From: an uncultured Deferribacteres bacterium
GTDB taxonomy: Bacteria > Zhuqueibacterota > JdFR-76 > DREG01
DNA: 64,000 nucleotides
Reading direction: 5' to 3'
Assembly: GCA_913009825.1 (NCBI GenBank)
Contig: CAJVYQ010000005.1
Coordinates: 25,265-89,264 of the forward strand
Below the pieces are notes generated by a model, which saw only the letters and a list, made by a program, of their open reading frames with translations, did no database searches and was not told the origin of the DNA. Both the position numbers and the translations under genes were made by a program. Positions 31,291-39,380 of the stretch are shown here, one piece after another (position 1 is the stretch's first letter; every line of letters begins with the position of its first letter).

Positions 31291-31445
31291 TTACAAGTTG
31301 AAAGTGACTAAAGTTACGAGTGAACAAAGAACTAAAGATAGAAATTGCCAGTATCCAGTGATTGGTGATCAGTTATGGGTTATCGGAAATCTGTGATTAG
31401 TTGCCAAAACGACCATGCAGCAGAGAGAAGCTGGCAACGAATTGC
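31291..31445. repeat. Short-period spacer repeat block
   Basis: gtgactaaagtt...ttgcc...ggtgatcagttat...ttgccaaaac; closely resembles 39027-39165. Confidence 0.75.
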
Positions 31446-31514
31446 AAAGGATTTTTATTTCATCTCTCGCCAAGCGCGCTACGAGCGCTAAGGCTTTTTA
31501 TGGCCTCGCTGGCG

Positions 31515-31932
31515 TGGCGAGATCATGTATGGCTAAATCTTCTCCGTTACCGATATTTAAATGGGAGATTCCATGGTCGTATAAATCAGGCGCATTCACA
31601 CTTTGGATGAGGTAATAAACGCATCTGCCCGATCGTCCACATGGAGAATTTCTCGGTGAGGTTTGCCGGTGCTCCAAAGTTTAAGATATACTGTCCACGG
31701 TGTATGTTTTATCGATTGATAAAAATGTAATTTCGTAAAATGTTTTCTTATTTCACAGGGCAGGCTCCTCTTTTTTGTATTTTTCCGCTGCCAGCACAAT
31801 TCCTTCAGCCGCATTCGCAACATAAACAAATTCTCTTGAAGCTTTCCCACTTCCCCAGACAGTAACAGTTGGACTGCCATTTGATTTGGCACGCATAAAC
31901 TTTTTGATTAATGCCGGTATAACATGGGAAGC
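31515..31932 (-). pseudogene. fcl: GDP-L-fucose synthase (Fcl/WcaG) internal fragment
   Basis: Manual translation SHVIPALIKKF...LWSTGKPHREILHVDDRADA...HLNIGNGEDLAIHDLA, with frameshifts. Confidence 0.75.
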
Positions 31933-31937
31933 GTATA

Positions 31938-32085
31938 GTGAACTAAAGCAAGGGAGCAGTGACTAAAGTTTAAAGTGCCTAAAGTTGGAATTTGCCTGAA
32001 TCTGTGATTGTTTATAGGTGATCAGTGATCCTTTATCTGCTGCGAATACTGCAAAGTAACAGAACAGTGCCGGCAATTTGTTGTG
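31938..32085. repeat. Short-period spacer repeat block
   Basis: gagcagtgactaaagtttaaagtgcctaaagttggaatttgcc...ggtgatcagtgat. Confidence 0.75.
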
Positions 32086-32118
32086 TTGTTATTTTACATA
32101 AAATGGTCTTTTGTAACG

Positions 32119-32361
32119 TTACACATACCATCTTAAATATTTTAATTCCAAATAAGATTTTTTCTCGTGTATTGTTTTTTCGCCTAAATATTTTCTTGGA
32201 TTCCCACACATCCAATATGAACAAGGTTTAGGTGTATTAATACTGAGACCAAGCTGTTTTTTATTTTTATTATATCCCCAATATTGTTTGGTAATTCTCT
32301 TGTTTTTTAATCTCCGGTATTGGTTTCTTCTAAATGCTCGCTTTGGTACAATATTTAACAT
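32119..32361 (-). CDS. Small basic hypothetical protein with a TPKPCSxWMCGNPRK motif
   Basis: Arg/Lys-rich 80-aa ORF co-oriented with the nucleotidyltransferase gene. Confidence 0.6.
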   Translation of the reverse strand: MLNIVPKRAFRRNQYRRLKNKRITKQYWGYNKNKKQLGLSINTPKPCSYWMCGNPRKYLGEKTIHEKKSYLELKYLRWYV

Positions 32362-32374
32362 AATGAATTAGATG

Positions 32375-32824
32375 CTAATTACCTTTCTTCGTTTTCTTTA
32401 ATCTTTCTAAATAGTTCAAATCTTCGATATCTTTAGGTCTTTTTGCTGCTTTTTTTATCTTTATCAAAGAATCCAAAGCTGCAAAGTATGTTTTTACATT
32501 TTTATATCGTTCTTCAACTTTATGTTCCCACACTTCCTCAAATGTAATACCTTTTACGAATGGATGAATATCAGTTTCCACAGAATATTGACGAATTAAA
32601 ATTTTAGTTCTTAATAAATCAGTCTCAGTAAGTTCAGTTAAATCATAACCAAATTGTTCCAATGCTTTTTTGGTTCGCCTTGCATTTTCAAGCGAATTTT
32701 CAATAAAGATGTCAATATCTAAAGTTGCCCGAATATAGCCATGCACAGGGAACGCAGAAGCGCCAATAATCACATATTTTACTTTATGTTCGTTTAATAA
32801 TTTGAGTAGTTTTTGGGTATTCAT
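32375..32824 (-). CDS. Minimal nucleotidyltransferase-like protein (DUF6036-like, TA-associated)
   Basis: YVIIGASA..HGYIRATLDIDI and LIKIKKAAKRPKDIEDL. Confidence 0.85.
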   Translation of the reverse strand: MNTQKLLKLLNEHKVKYVIIGASAFPVHGYIRATLDIDIFIENSLENARRTKKALEQFGYDLTELTETDLLRTKILIRQYSVETDIHPFVKGITFEEVWEHKVEERYKNVKTYFAALDSLIKIKKAAKRPKDIEDLNYLERLKKTKKGN

Positions 32825-32966
32825 TCTTTTTTAAAAATGATCTGATAAAACTATTTTTTTCTTCCATCATTTCGAAACGTTGCTTCAATGGTAAAGACAG
32901 AAGATAATTTATTTCAAATTCAATCTCTTTTTCTTCGTTGTGTTCTTTTAATTTAAGGATTGGCAT
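32784..32966 (-). CDS. Small partner protein of the nucleotidyltransferase (antitoxin-like)
   Basis: 60-aa ORF overlapping the NTase start; YLLSLPLKQRFEM pattern. Confidence 0.65.
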   Translation of the reverse strand: MPILKLKEHNEEKEIEFEINYLLSLPLKQRFEMMEEKNSFIRSFLKKNEYPKTTQIIKRT

Positions 32967-33010
32967 AAATGTAGTGGATAAATAAAATCGCGTGATTGTT
33001 CTTCAGAAGA

Positions 33011-33145
33011 TCAGTGACTAAAATTACAAGTGCCTAAAGTGACCTAAAATTAAAAATTGCCGGTATTTTTATTGGGTGATCGATAATCAATTGCGTAAAT
33101 AGCCGCGCAACACGATGCAAGTGGTGAAAGCCAGTAATTTGTTCT
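33011..33145. repeat. Short-period spacer repeat block
   Basis: cagtgactaaaattacaagtgcctaaagtgacctaaaatt...ttgccgg...ggtgatcgataatc. Confidence 0.7.
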
Positions 33146-33285
33146 TCAGCTTAATTCTTCCTTGAAAATCGGGTTTAAATCTTTGAGCGCTCTTTAGGGC
33201 CCAGATCTTTCGGGATCCTTTTTGTTAATAGCCTGTGGGTTTACTTTCAGGCGGTGAGAAAACGAAAAAAAATAAAGATAAAAGT

Positions 33286-35229
33286 GACGCATTCGTAAAA
33301 AGTAAAATCACTATTTGAAATATTTTAGCCAAATTTGACTATTGAGATCTAATTTAATCCTAATTCACTGATTTTTTATTGTTCTTCGAAAATTTCGATT
33401 TTATTTCCCTCTGATTTGTGCGGAGACAAGTAAATTATCACCCAATTAAGCAACATTCAGGGCAATTTCTCTATTTTCGGGCACACTAATCCCATGTTGT
33501 AATTGATACTGTGCTGCTCTAAATAGATTTATTCCCAGAGCCTTTAACCTTGCAGCATAACTAATTTTTGGTAACCCTCGATAATTTAATCGTCTGGCCC
33601 CGGTCATATGGATATATCGGGAATTAGTAGCTTCTATACCTGACCGATAACGATATTTTTCTTTGAACTCTTTACTCTGTTCATATTGTCGGCGAAGCAT
33701 CGTGTGAATTTCTTCTCTGGTATAGTTTAAAAGATAACCCGATTTCCCTGGTCTTACCGGACAGATGTCCTGACCCGGACAATTTCCGCAGAACGATTCT
33801 GACCAGATCGCAGTAATAGAACCTTTTTTGTTATATTTTATCTTCTCTGGTTTATGTCCACAACGACATTTCCGAATTTCTTCTGTTTGTTCATCTACTG
33901 TGAAAACCGACAAATCTTTTTGGGGCTTTCTACCTGGTACCGGTGCGATCAAATCCACACCATATTTTTTTGCCTTTTGGTTGTTTGTTTCACTCCCATA
34001 AGAGGTGTCGGCGGCCAGTTGGTCGGGTAATAAATCTCTGTCTTTGACATCTGCTAAAGCAGGCTCCAGAGCGCCACTATCATGTTTATGAGCCGGTTCT
34101 ACCTCTACATAAGTAAGCAATTCCAGTGAGGGTTTGTCGGATTTCTCTTGGCTTGCTCCAGGCTCTCCCTTCGTTTTAGGCGTGTATGTTTCCATGATTT
34201 GAACCTGATAACCCTGTCCTTTATGACCATCATAAGTCGCATCGGCATCCGATGGATTCTGCAGACTATCTGATGAAATCTCACTGGATTCTTTGACAAT
34301 GATCTTATCTTCCTCAATGCGACATTGCTCGGAAAACACCCGCTGAAGAAGCGTATAACTATACATCGAAACTACACAGTCATGTTCAGAAAAATGGCTA
34401 AGCAAGGTATGTAAATCGGTTGCAATTTCTTCCAAGCGTTTACGGGAACCGGATGGCTTTACATTACCAAAATAAGTATCATCTTCTTCTTTCTCATAAC
34501 GTACCCGCAACTCTTGCAATGAGGAATCGAAATATAAATCCTTGTGATGACGTTTTAAATTCTTTAAAAATGTGGTTATTGTGCGACTTAATAAACGCAC
34601 CCGCCCTAACTGAGCCATGTTGGACTGAATATGAACTGAATCAAGACGTTGTAAACGACTATCTACATGATAAACGTCAGCCAACTTATCGGCTGATTTC
34701 GAAAATGTCTCTTTCGCTAAGTTATCATTAACCAAGATATTTCGCATGCTCCACAATGTCTTCAGTGATACAACATGATCCTTTGGATTAAAACTGTCTA
34801 ACGCGTAATGCCATTGTTCATTAAATGCCAATTGATCTCGTGTCTCGATGTCGCTTAAATCAAACACTTGTTGAAATACGCACGCTCCAACCACCGTAAC
34901 TAATTCTTTCGTCGGACGACCCATCGTTTTAGAGAAGTGTTGACTGACCGCATGTATCGGTAAGGTCTCTAAAAGATGATCTCGAAACACTCCCGCCCAC
35001 GAGGATTTGAGAAGTTTGATCTTTCGTTCATTTAAAATGCCACCCCAAGATTCCATGCCGGGGAAACATGAATTGTCACGTGTTTTAATCTCTACCATTC
35101 TTTATCTTATCCTTCTGTTTTATATGATGATAAGATAAGTCTTTTTATTGTTAAATGCAATAGCTATTATTGTTTAACTTAATTATTATTAATTGCTTAG
35201 AATAGTTTATGACTTTTTACGAATGCATC
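33286..35229 (-). mobile_element. Complete 1944-bp insertion sequence (IS1182/IS5-like DDE)
   Basis: TIRs GAYGCATTCGTAAAAAGT; 6-bp TSD AAAAGT (33280-33285 / 35230-35235). Confidence 0.9.
33446..35098 (-). CDS. DDE transposase
   Basis: GRPTK, QRLDSVHIQSNM, SLQNPSDADATY, ADTSYGS, Cys-rich insert, YRYRSGIEATNS. Confidence 0.92.
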   Translation of the reverse strand: MVEIKTRDNSCFPGMESWGGILNERKIKLLKSSWAGVFRDHLLETLPIHAVSQHFSKTMGRPTKELVTVVGACVFQQVFDLSDIETRDQLAFNEQWHYALDSFNPKDHVVSLKTLWSMRNILVNDNLAKETFSKSADKLADVYHVDSRLQRLDSVHIQSNMAQLGRVRLLSRTITTFLKNLKRHHKDLYFDSSLQELRVRYEKEEDDTYFGNVKPSGSRKRLEEIATDLHTLLSHFSEHDCVVSMYSYTLLQRVFSEQCRIEEDKIIVKESSEISSDSLQNPSDADATYDGHKGQGYQVQIMETYTPKTKGEPGASQEKSDKPSLELLTYVEVEPAHKHDSGALEPALADVKDRDLLPDQLAADTSYGSETNNQKAKKYGVDLIAPVPGRKPQKDLSVFTVDEQTEEIRKCRCGHKPEKIKYNKKGSITAIWSESFCGNCPGQDICPVRPGKSGYLLNYTREEIHTMLRRQYEQSKEFKEKYRYRSGIEATNSRYIHMTGARRLNYRGLPKISYAARLKALGINLFRAAQYQLQHGISVPENREIALNVA

Positions 35230-35439
35230 AAAAGTGACTAAAGTTTATAAAACAAGATTAAAGAGCGAAGATTAAAAACCATTAAAACTATATGGCTACT
35301 GATAAGTCTGCAATTGCACAAAATTTGTAGTGAATTTGTCGAAGAATTATCATTGCACAATGATGGCATAGATCAAATCCTTGTACAGAAACTCCTGCTC
35401 CACCATTGATTCTGATACAACAGTCTGCGGTTCCACACT

Positions 35440-35703
35440 CTAAGCAATGGCAACTTTAGGTTTAAGCAGCCTTAATTTGGCTGGTTTGAGGCCTTTCACT
35501 TTTATATAAACTACCTTTTGGTCTGGCTCTCTTTGTCTCTCGGCTAACTGTTTACTCCACTTATTATATTCTTGATCTCCTTCAACCTGAAGAACTATCT
35601 GGGCATTTCGTGGTATTTTCATTTCAAATTCAGGATGCTCTATCACGTATCGGTCAAATTCCGTTACCAATATGGCATGTTTTTTCTCTAAGATATTCAT
35701 CAT
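35440..35703 (-). CDS. DUF5647-like antitoxin candidate
   Basis: EFDRYVIEHPEF...IPRNAQIV pattern; directly downstream of an RYDxAHG gene. Confidence 0.75.
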   Translation of the reverse strand: MMNILEKKHAILVTEFDRYVIEHPEFEMKIPRNAQIVLQVEGDQEYNKWSKQLAERQREPDQKVVYIKVKGLKPAKLRLLKPKVAIA

Positions 35704-35707
35704 TTAG

Positions 35708-36003
35708 TTACCCTTTAGAAAAGCGGTAAATCTTCCAATTTCCCTTTATATCTTCATCTGCCAAAATCAAGGCTTCGCTGAGTTTCAAATTGAGTTCCTC
35801 TTTGATCTTTCTTCCATCCGGATAGTATCGGTCTATATGAGCAAAGCCGTGAGCGGAATCATAACGAATGACTACCTGCCATCAATCGTCAACTAAAACT
35901 TCCAATTGAGCGATAAAACCGATAACCCTACCTTTATCTGTTTCATGATAATCCTCTTGCGCGCATTCTCGCCCAAAGGAATTACATACTCAATAATCCT
36001 CAA
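35708..36003 (-). pseudogene. Toxin-like RYDxAHG protein (DUF7718-like), with a frameshift and an internal stop
   Basis: Manual translation ...FIAQLEVLVDD*WQVVIRYDSAHGFAHIDRYYPDG...DIKGNWKIY. Confidence 0.7.
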
Positions 36004-36174
36004 ATCCCGGTTACCTCAGGTTTTGTTTTGTCCGGATTTGTGAAGAAAGGACAGGAGAGGAAAGGAGAAAGTAAAACTGAAAACGGAAAATAATGTAACT
36101 GCGAGAAAGGCGCGCTTGCCCAACGTCTTTCTGGTGGGTTGGTTTGGCGGGAAAAACACGAAATAATAAAAATT

Positions 36175-36270
36175 AGTGACTAAAGTTAAAAATGATTAAA
36201 GTGACTAAAGTAAAAGAGCAGTGACTGAAATTGTAAGTTGTCGGTGATAGGTTATCGGTTTAAAATCTGA
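36175..36270. repeat. Short-period spacer repeat block
   Basis: agtgactaaagttaaaaatgattaaagtgactaaagtaaaagagcagtgactgaa...ggtgataggttatcgg. Confidence 0.75.
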
Positions 36271-36490
36271 ACCGAGCGGTGACTTAAGCGCATGAAGTTA
36301 AGAAACAAGAATAAAGATAACAAAACTATGGTTACAAGCGCCAAAGGATTAGAAATAAATCAAAGATTAACTCTCATTTTTCTATCTCTCTTCTATCTGT
36401 GCCAACTTTTCATTCTTTTTCTTAGTTCTTTAATCTTGCATTTTGATACTTGCTTCCCGGCAATGTCTTTCACCCATGGAAATTTCAAAA

Positions 36491-36700
36491 TTATCTTTCA
36501 TTTACTTTACCCTTTCTATCTTTCACGGCTAATTGACTTAATTTATTTACTCCCATATCATCAAAAAGATCTTTTTGCCATTTAGTATAATCAAATGGCT
36601 CACACAATAAAAGGGAGATGAATTTTTCAGCATCTACTTTTCCCATTTTCTGAGCAAGAATTTGTATTCCTTTAATTTTTATTTCAGTCTCTGTTAACAT
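36491..36700 (-). CDS. Small antitoxin-like protein (family usually next to a PIN-domain gene)
   Basis: TETEIKIKG...GKVDAEKFI...EPFDYTKWQ motif. Confidence 0.7.
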   Translation of the reverse strand: MLTETEIKIKGIQILAQKMGKVDAEKFISLLLCEPFDYTKWQKDLFDDMGVNKLSQLAVKDRKGKVNER

Positions 36701-36889
36701 GAATTATTTCTCTAATATTGATGGCAACAATAATTAACCACCGGGAACATCCGCTAAAAAGACTAGGGGTTGGCGGTAGGCACCGAAATTTTAATTTTTA
36801 CATAAATTTGAGAGATACTCATGTCTTTCAGCCTGCAGATGGTGATTTTAGGCTGATAAATACTCAGTTAAAGTAATAATTAAACAACC

Positions 36890-37126
36890 TTATATTGAGG
36901 CAATAGTTGAATAATTTGAAGTTTGAAAAGATATATTCACTTCACCTTGTTTTATAAGATTTTTTACCGTAGCATTTCTAAACTCTATTGTAACCGGATT
37001 CCCTTGCTTGCCATAGCTTATTATAACTCCGCCCGGTTCCTCTAAAGCATCGACTGGGGGATCATCACTGATACCTATTAATAATATATCTGATTCCGGA
37101 TCATATTTGAATCTCATATTAAGCAT
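36890..37126 (-). CDS. DUF2283 protein (antitoxin-like)
   Basis: MRFKYDPESDILLI...GNPVTIEFRNA; start at 37126 or 37117. Confidence 0.8.
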   Translation of the reverse strand: MLNMRFKYDPESDILLIGISDDPPVDALEEPGGVIISYGKQGNPVTIEFRNATVKNLIKQGEVNISFQTSNYSTIASI

Positions 37127-37385
37127 TTCTCCAATATTTTTCAATTTTGCTGGTATGATATAGCGTTAGAATTTTACGACTGCCATTAATTTCTATGAAT
37201 GGCACTCTCATTAAACCATTTTTATATTTTGATTGGGCAATTAGATCTTCTCCATCTCCCGGTACAATCTGGTTTGGTCTTTTAATTATTTCTTCGATAT
37301 CTTTTTTTAAAGGATAATTTGTGATAACAATTAACCGATCTTTTTCTACAAAATAAATAATTTTAAATGGAAATTGAAAATCATT
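37119..37385 (-). pseudogene. DUF4258/RelE-like toxin remnant, apparently chimeric and lacking a true start
   Basis: FPFKIIYFVEKDRLIVITNYPL joined to KDIEEIIKRPNQIV...KILTLYHTSKIEKYW; ORF N-terminus derives from repeat DNA. Confidence 0.55.
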
Positions 37386-37759
37386 CTGCTTCTTGAGATA
37401 TTTACACACCAAGTTGGTTAAAAAAGAGCAAGTAAAAAGTAAAAAGGCAAAAGTGAAAAAAAAGAGCAAGAGCCTGAAGAAATTTTAACCACGAAATACA
37501 CGAATAGAGAAAAGTAAGAAGGAGGGAGTGAGAAGTAAGAAAATAAACAAAAGATCAAAGAAATATCGCCCGCGAATGTTGCGAATAGAGAAAGACGTCA
37601 CGATTAAAGATTGCTCAATATATTTCTCCATTATTTATCTTGTTTTTGTTTTTTTTCCAGGTAATAAATTTAAATTTCAACCCAGTTGTTGAGTTTTAGC
37701 AGTTATTCGTAAAACGCCTGGCACTACTTATAACTTTTTTACTTTCTACTTTTGACTTT

Positions 37760-38080
37760 TTATTTCTCTTCCAGCGCGGTTATTCTTTTTTCATGTCTAA
37801 GAAGCGCAGAATTGGTGGTTACTTGTTCTGTTCTGATGACATCCAATTCTTTAACTATTTTATCTTGCCCAGTGATTATGATATTCATTATATTCTTGAG
37901 GTCATTTGCATCATTTTTGATCTCATTGACCTCGGTTTTGATTTCATTGACCTCGGTTTTGATCTCATTGACCTCGGTTTTGATTTCATTGACTTCGCTT
38001 TTCTTAGCCACATCGTTCATTACATATTCTGCAAGTGTTTCTAACAATGCGTGAATTTTTTCAATTGTTATTTTTGACAT
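37760..38080 (-). CDS. Coiled-coil hypothetical protein with an (EVNEIKT)x4 tandem repeat
   Basis: 21-bp tandem repeat at ~37915-37998; RBS-like AGGGCGG. Confidence 0.75.
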   Translation of the reverse strand: MSKITIEKIHALLETLAEYVMNDVAKKSEVNEIKTEVNEIKTEVNEIKTEVNEIKNDANDLKNIMNIIITGQDKIVKELDVIRTEQVTTNSALLRHEKRITALEEK

Positions 38081-38142
38081 ATTGGCCGCCCTTTTTATAA
38101 ACGTTAAATTTTTCTGTGGAGAGGAACCAAATGAATACTCAA

Positions 38143-38156
38143 TTTACAGCTCCGCC
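38143..38156 (-). promoter_or_regulatory. ops-like motif GGCGGAGCTGTAAA, copy 2
   Basis: Identical 14-mer to 44126-44139 upstream of upxY. Confidence 0.5.
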
Positions 38157-38201
38157 ATATAACTCACATAAATGAAAGAGATAGCAAGCAGATTTGCACT
38201 G

Positions 38202-38338
38202 AGAATATTGTGTATTATATTTTTTTATTTTTCCGGGTCTTTTGCAGCGCTTCAGCCCACCCCAAAATGATAAGTTAAAAAGATAAAATATTTGTAATAA
38301 AATTCAATAGGGAAATGCGGAAGAGCAGTGATTAAAGT
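38202..38338 (-). promoter_or_regulatory. Promoter/leader-like ~140-bp repeat, copy 2
   Basis: TTGAAT-N16-TATCTT then AAGCGCTGCAAAAGACCCGGAAA; similar to 30968-31110. Confidence 0.5.
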
Positions 38339-38384
38339 GAACTAAAGTAAAAAGTAAAAGGGCAAAAGTAAAAAGTTTTTTATC

Positions 38385-38959
38385 TTATTTTGGAATTTTT
38401 AATTTTGGCTTTGTTTTTGAATTTTTAGCAACTTTAGTTGAGATTGAACCAAGAATTTTCTTTAGCTGGAAGACTCATCTATCAGTCGGGCAGTTTTGGT
38501 CTTATCCGCTATATTAGTTGCTAAAATTAATCTCACTAGTAATTTGACTCTCTCATTTCTTCTAACGATATATCCACCTTACTTTTAAAGTCAGCTCTTG
38601 ATGAAGCAGCTTGCGCCTCTTCGTAATTAGTGCCTGAACGAAAAGTATCTAAATTGTATATCAAACATCTTGTTTGAATTATAATCTTATTGAAAAGAAG
38701 GAAACTAAACAGTTTATAAAACAAGCAAGATGCATGTTTTCCACTTTTCGTTCAGACACTAATTAGCACCAGATGAAGTTGCTGCCTTAGTTAACTGATA
38801 GCGGATAACATCAGATTCAGGACTTCTTTTCATTGTTCGTAGAAGATTTATCACATCTATAGCAAAATCGAATAGTCTCTTTTGCAAAGAAACGGAATAT
38901 GTTTTCTTTAATTCATTAATTGAATCTGCTTCATATAATTTTTCTTCCATTTGCCTCAT
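38385..38959 (-). pseudogene. Four-helix-bundle protein (23S rRNA IVP / TIGR02436-like), disrupted
   Basis: LQKRLFDFAIDVI...QLTKAATSSGAN|YEEAQAASSRADFKSKVDISLEEMRESNY*...ESSQLKKILGSI; split by the MITE at 38630-38759 and by a further stop/frameshift. Confidence 0.88.
38630..38759. mobile_element. 130-bp MITE GTGCCTGAACGAAAAGT...ACTTTTCGTTCAGACAC
   Basis: TIR; 6-bp TSD TAATTA; second copy at 47136-47698. Confidence 0.9.
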
Positions 38960-39026
38960 CTTTTGCCTTTTTACTCTTGCCCTCTCTCGCGTTATTTTTT
39001 CTTAATTGTATGTTTAAGGTTAAAAA

Positions 39027-39165
39027 TAGCAACTAAAGTTTAAAGTGCCTAAAGTGAGGTAAAGTTGGAAGTTGCCGGCAGCCGGTGATCAGTTATCGGT
39101 CATCGGTCATCGGTGATCAGTTGCCAAAACAGCCGTGCAGAATGGAGAAACTGATAGCGAATGGC
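39027..39165. repeat. Short-period spacer repeat block
   Basis: actaaagtttaaagtgcctaaagtgaggtaaagtt...ggtgatcagttatcggtcatcggtcatcggtgatcagttgccaaaacagccgtgcag. Confidence 0.8.
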
Positions 39166-39380
39166 TGTATTTCTTAGATTAAATCGCAACTCCGTCTCCT
39201 GTTGGTTCAACTCACCGCTCAGTCATGTAAATCACATGGATGTAAGACATAGCAAATATTTATGAGTTTGTTGATGTACAACAAAAAAGCTGCCAAAGTT
39301 TTTTATCACTCCTGCAAATTTTCAGGATTTCCAGGTACTTTAGGTGTTGACTTGACAGCAAACAATCACAGAAAAAGGGT

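Noticed and set aside
31142-31327. 61-aa ORF between repeat blocks
   Set aside because: N-terminus is translated repeat DNA; the remainder may be a gene stub but I could not identify it
36772-36779. Canonical ops GGCGGTAG
   Set aside because: On the plus strand, opposite to operon transcription, and lacks the downstream TG; probably chance
38385-38959. Diversity-generating retroelement (Avd-like fold)
   Set aside because: No reverse transcriptase or TR/VR pair with adenine-specific mismatches seen in the window
30960-39200. CRISPR array
   Set aside because: Repeats are degenerate, irregularly spaced by hundreds to thousands of bp with genes in between, and no cas genes are present
30960-39200. 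Classical integron cassette array
   Set aside because: No tyrosine integrase, and the spacers lack AAC...GTT attC palindromes
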